A stretch of DNA of 64,000 nucleotides from contig CBDCFW010000006.1 of the NCBI GenBank assembly GCA_965216465.1, forward strand, positions 992,001 through 1,056,000, in the 5' to 3' direction. The position numbers were made by a program, and so were the translations under genes. The notes under the pieces are model-generated. The model saw only the letters and a list, made by a program, of their open reading frames with translations. It did not search any database and was not told the origin of the DNA. Every line of letters starts with the position of its first letter. Within the stretch, counting starts at the first letter, position 1. This DNA comes from Bacteroidia bacterium (GTDB lineage Bacteria > Bacteroidota > Bacteroidia > NS11-12g > UBA9320). Shown here in pieces: positions 60,684 through 64,000 of the stretch.

Positions 60684-63600
60684 TTAGTCAATATCCCATA
60701 CAAGGTCTCCTGATTTGGTAAAATATCCAAATTGGTTCTTGAACTGAAATTGAAATACACCCTCATTGGGAAGGTAATTTATATAGGTGCATTCAGGAGC
60801 AACAAGATAGTTTGTATTGAGGTCACAAACACCCACTGCTGAGCTAAGACCAACAATGCTCACACCATTTTGAGGTCTATCTACATAACTATAACTTGGA
60901 AATATTCTGTAGAACCCTGTTCTGTCTATAAGGCCGTACTTTCCATCAATCGCTACCACTGCAGTGCCATTTTCAAATGGTTTAGCGTCGGAATAAAGGC
61001 TGCCAAAAACTTGATTTCCTGAAGTGTTGATATACTGATAGGATTTTCCTTTTCTAACAAGTAGCAACCCTTCGCTGAAACCTCCTCTTACTCTTCCGTA
61101 CTCTGTTTTTACAGTGTCTCCCTCGCTATTAAGGATAGTATAATTAATGCCCTTTTGTGATACAGTAAGTCCGTTTTCGAATGGCATAAGTTTAGCGTAC
61201 TTATACTTCATTGCAGTTTTTCCTTCTAAATCAACTGCTCCGTATTTTTTGAATCGCTTAATTACAAGAAGGCCATCTGAGTACCCACTTCTGATGGATG
61301 AAGCTCGATACTTTTTAATCTTGTTTCCTTCATTGTCATATACTACCGTAGTGCCCCTGTAATAGCATGCAAATCTTCCGTCACCATAATAGATCTTCTG
61401 GTACTTTGGTTTAATAATTTCAATGCCTTTTGCGTTTACAACACCTCGTTTGCTTCCGTTTCGGACTTCAGCATATCCATTTTCATTAATTGATTCTGCC
61501 TTTGAATATTTATTCCTGTTAACAAACTCGTTTTGAAGATTGATGTAGCGATACATAGCATTTTTCCGTTTTGATTCTTTATGACGTACCAGAGCAACAC
61601 CGTTAACAAAAGGTCCTGCCTTATTGTATACAGGCTTTATAATAACTTGGCCTTCTAGTGTAAAGTAACCGTACTTTCCCCTCACCTTTGCCGGAATTAG
61701 TTCTTCTGCATGTTGTCCAATTTTGGTGAAAAGAAAATCGGAGTGCACATTTCCCATTGAGTCTACAAACGCCATTCTTCTTTCTTCGGCAAATCCAGCT
61801 ACTCCATTATAAAAATTAGAAACTTTATGCAGTCCTTCATACGATGTGAAATCACCGTTGTTTTTGAGTAAAACAGTAAGATGATCATTAAAACACCATG
61901 TTTGATTGTCGGTAAACGGTAGTGCCTTGGTGTATTGAACATCAGCTATGGTTGTTCCATCTTCTCGAACATATCCGTAACGATTTTTTCTGACTCTGGT
62001 CATGAGTAAAGAGTCATTTGTGCCAGGTAGAAAAGCTATTTCTAAATAGACATCTTTAAGTCTTAAGTTCCCATTTCCATCCATTAAACCAAATAAACTA
62101 TCCCGGTTCATGATAATGGCTCGCTCATTTCTAAAGTTTTCACAAGCTCGTATATCCAACTTTTTAAATTCTTTGAGGTCCATAATATATCGACCATCCC
62201 TATCTATATATGCCCAAAATCCTAAGCCATCAATTCGGGTTTGCCACCTAGATCTATAGTTGGGGTAGCTCATATTAAATTCATTTGCAAAACTGATAGC
62301 GGAGCCTAAGTCACAAAGAATAGGTTTCGCAGTTTTATAGAACTTTGTTCCTACAAAAATTTTGGCATAACCATTGGTGAAAGGTCCGATGTACTTCGAG
62401 GTGTAGCGTAAAATTCGTCCAGAAAATCGATTCACCGTAGCCATATATCCATTGGAGTACATTACACGCATCACATGTACTGCACTATCTCTTATTCCTG
62501 TTGTATCAACATAGACTAAACCTGCTTGAATTACAGGCTTAAACTTCTCTTCATTAACAATTCCATAAACCGCTCTTGATCTTAAGGATAAGCCGGTTCT
62601 GTGAGTTACTGTTTTGGGTATAAAAATCTTCCCTATTACCATGGGTGTATTTGGCACTTTGTACACCGCATCGTATATTGGTTTTATAGATACCTCACCA
62701 TTCGGATATTTTAAGCCCCACTTTCCTTTTTTATCTTGAAACCAGAATTGACTTGTAGTTTGTTGTCTGACATTGCCATTCACAACATCCATTTGAATGC
62801 GACCGCCAAGTTTCATAGTTGCGGTATTTGTAAAAATCATAGAATCGATAATCTCGTTTCTTGAATTCAGATCAAACAAATAGATCATTGAGTCTTTCTT
62901 TGCCTTGATTACACCATCAGAGCCTTTAGCAAGGAAAGAAAATTTGCAGGGAAGTACTTCCCTTCCTTCTTCAGCAAGCAAGCCGAATTTTCCTTGATAC
63001 TCTACAGTACTTAGCCCATTAACAAACATTCCAATTTGGTGGTATTTATTGTCTACAACAGTTGTTCCGGTACTATCTATTAAGCCATATTTGTAATCAT
63101 TATAGGGCATCAGATAGCTCGAATTCTGGAGGCTATAAACTTGTTCGTACACTGGATCAATAATAATTCGGTTTAGTTGTGTTGAATAAACTCCTAAACC
63201 TGTTGAAGTTCTAATAGTTATATACTTTCTATTAAATCGATCATAAGCTAGTGCCAAGGAGTCTACGATTAGTCTTTCAGGGGCATTGAGTAAGTAAGCT
63301 TTTTCATTTTGTTTCAACTCAAAATAACCGCTAACCAAAGGATCAACATCGTCAAACCTTCCATTAAAAATGGCCTCACCATTTTCATTTTTGATCTGCT
63401 TTGATCCATCATGGTGGGTAGTTATGAAATGACTGCCTCGCTTTTCAATGTTGGCATAAATGCAAGGAGCTAGCTCAGTGCCCATGTGGTTATATAAGCC
63501 AACAGAGTCGGCCTTATAGCAATAAAAAAACCCATCTTGCTCTATAACGTGATCATAAGCTGTATCAATCAAGTATACACCTTTAGCATTTAGAACACCT

Positions 63601-63998
63601 GATTTTAAACCAGTTGATACGACAAAACTTTCTTCCGGACTATTAATATACTCAATGCTTCTAAAAGTGGGGGATATTCTTAACCGCGAGTTTTTGCTCT
63701 GCATACCATATAGGCCATCTTGCTTAAAAACAAGCATGTCGCCATAGATGAAAGAGATGTCCGTTACGGACAGTTCAGTAATTTGTTGACCCTTTTTGTT
63801 AATTAAGAAGCTTTTTCCATCTTGAAGTACCCACGTATATTCTCGATTCTTGAATGGATGGCATTGATCATATTGAGGCGAAATTTTCCAAGATCCATGT
63901 TTGTCGATAAACCCCCAAACATTTTTTTCTTTAGCAGGAAGAAGCACTTCGTTCGTTTGGCCGAACAAAGAAATAAACAAGAAAATCAGAGCAAAGAC
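60684..63998 (-). CDS. WG-repeat (beta-repeat) exported protein; 5' end beyond the window
   Basis: Many [KY][WY]G[FL]ID..G..[IV]..P.Y / F.NG.A.V repeats; frame open to the window edge with a signal-like hydrophobic stretch. Confidence 0.85.
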   Translation of the reverse strand, partial: VFALIFLFISLFGQTNEVLLPAKEKNVWGFIDKHGSWKISPQYDQCHPFKNREYTWVLQDGKSFLINKKGQQITELSVTDISFIYGDMLVFKQDGLYGMQSKNSRLRISPTFRSIEYINSPEESFVVSTGLKSGVLNAKGVYLIDTAYDHVIEQDGFFYCYKADSVGLYNHMGTELAPCIYANIEKRGSHFITTHHDGSKQIKNENGEAIFNGRFDDVDPLVSGYFELKQNEKAYLLNAPERLIVDSLALAYDRFNRKYITIRTSTGLGVYSTQLNRIIIDPVYEQVYSLQNSSYLMPYNDYKYGLIDSTGTTVVDNKYHQIGMFVNGLSTVEYQGKFGLLAEEGREVLPCKFSFLAKGSDGVIKAKKDSMIYLFDLNSRNEIIDSMIFTNTATMKLGGRIQMDVVNGNVRQQTTSQFWFQDKKGKWGLKYPNGEVSIKPIYDAVYKVPNTPMVIGKIFIPKTVTHRTGLSLRSRAVYGIVNEEKFKPVIQAGLVYVDTTGIRDSAVHVMRVMYSNGYMATVNRFSGRILRYTSKYIGPFTNGYAKIFVGTKFYKTAKPILCDLGSAISFANEFNMSYPNYRSRWQTRIDGLGFWAYIDRDGRYIMDLKEFKKLDIRACENFRNERAIIMNRDSLFGLMDGNGNLRLKDVYLEIAFLPGTNDSLLMTRVRKNRYGYVREDGTTIADVQYTKALPFTDNQTWCFNDHLTVLLKNNGDFTSYEGLHKVSNFYNGVAGFAEERRMAFVDSMGNVHSDFLFTKIGQHAEELIPAKVRGKYGYFTLEGQVIIKPVYNKAGPFVNGVALVRHKESKRKNAMYRYINLQNEFVNRNKYSKAESINENGYAEVRNGSKRGVVNAKGIEIIKPKYQKIYYGDGRFACYYRGTTVVYDNEGNKIKKYRASSIRSGYSDGLLVIKRFKKYGAVDLEGKTAMKYKYAKLMPFENGLTVSQKGINYTILNSEGDTVKTEYGRVRGGFSEGLLLVRKGKSYQYINTSGNQVFGSLYSDAKPFENGTAVVAIDGKYGLIDRTGFYRIFPSYSYVDRPQNGVSIVGLSSAVGVCDLNTNYLVAPECTYINYLPNEGVFQFQFKNQFGYFTKSGDLVWDID

Positions 63999-64000
63999 AA

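Overview
A 64-kb chromosomal segment of a Bacteroidota genome, judged from T9SS genes, TAnnTTTG -7 promoters and monomeric IDH. It is mostly housekeeping genes: anmK, uvrB, menA/menC, mgtE-rsmA-lpxK, gltX, rnc-fabF-acpP, pyk, fumC, fhs, kbl, ftsH, nadD-gmk-yicC, ruvA-sprA, purL-icd, and a TPP-riboswitch TonB receptor. I found no transposase, integrase, cas or phage gene. The least explained element is a non-coding tandem array of six ~112-bp structured units (46455-47109) between sprA and a convergent tRNA-Pro(GGG). The typical unit has a hairpin with tandem G.A pairs and an RTA triloop, a short variable window, a terminator-like hairpin and a palindrome. The second half of the unit is an inverted homologue of the tRNA's own trailer and terminator. 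Next to it are a TolB-N-like/TPR/LytTR regulator with a downstream direct-repeat pair, and a coupled DUF2461-egtB-egtD-DUF427 operon facing a class V PLP enzyme with no evident desulfurase Cys loop (candidate ergothioneine C-S lyase). Smaller points: a homopolymer frameshift separating a lipoprotein signal from an SGNH hydrolase, a cargo-less T9SS CTD protein, an unlisted 48-aa membrane protein, sigma54-type promoters and many apparently leaderless starts. All product calls come from motif recognition by eye; no searches were run.
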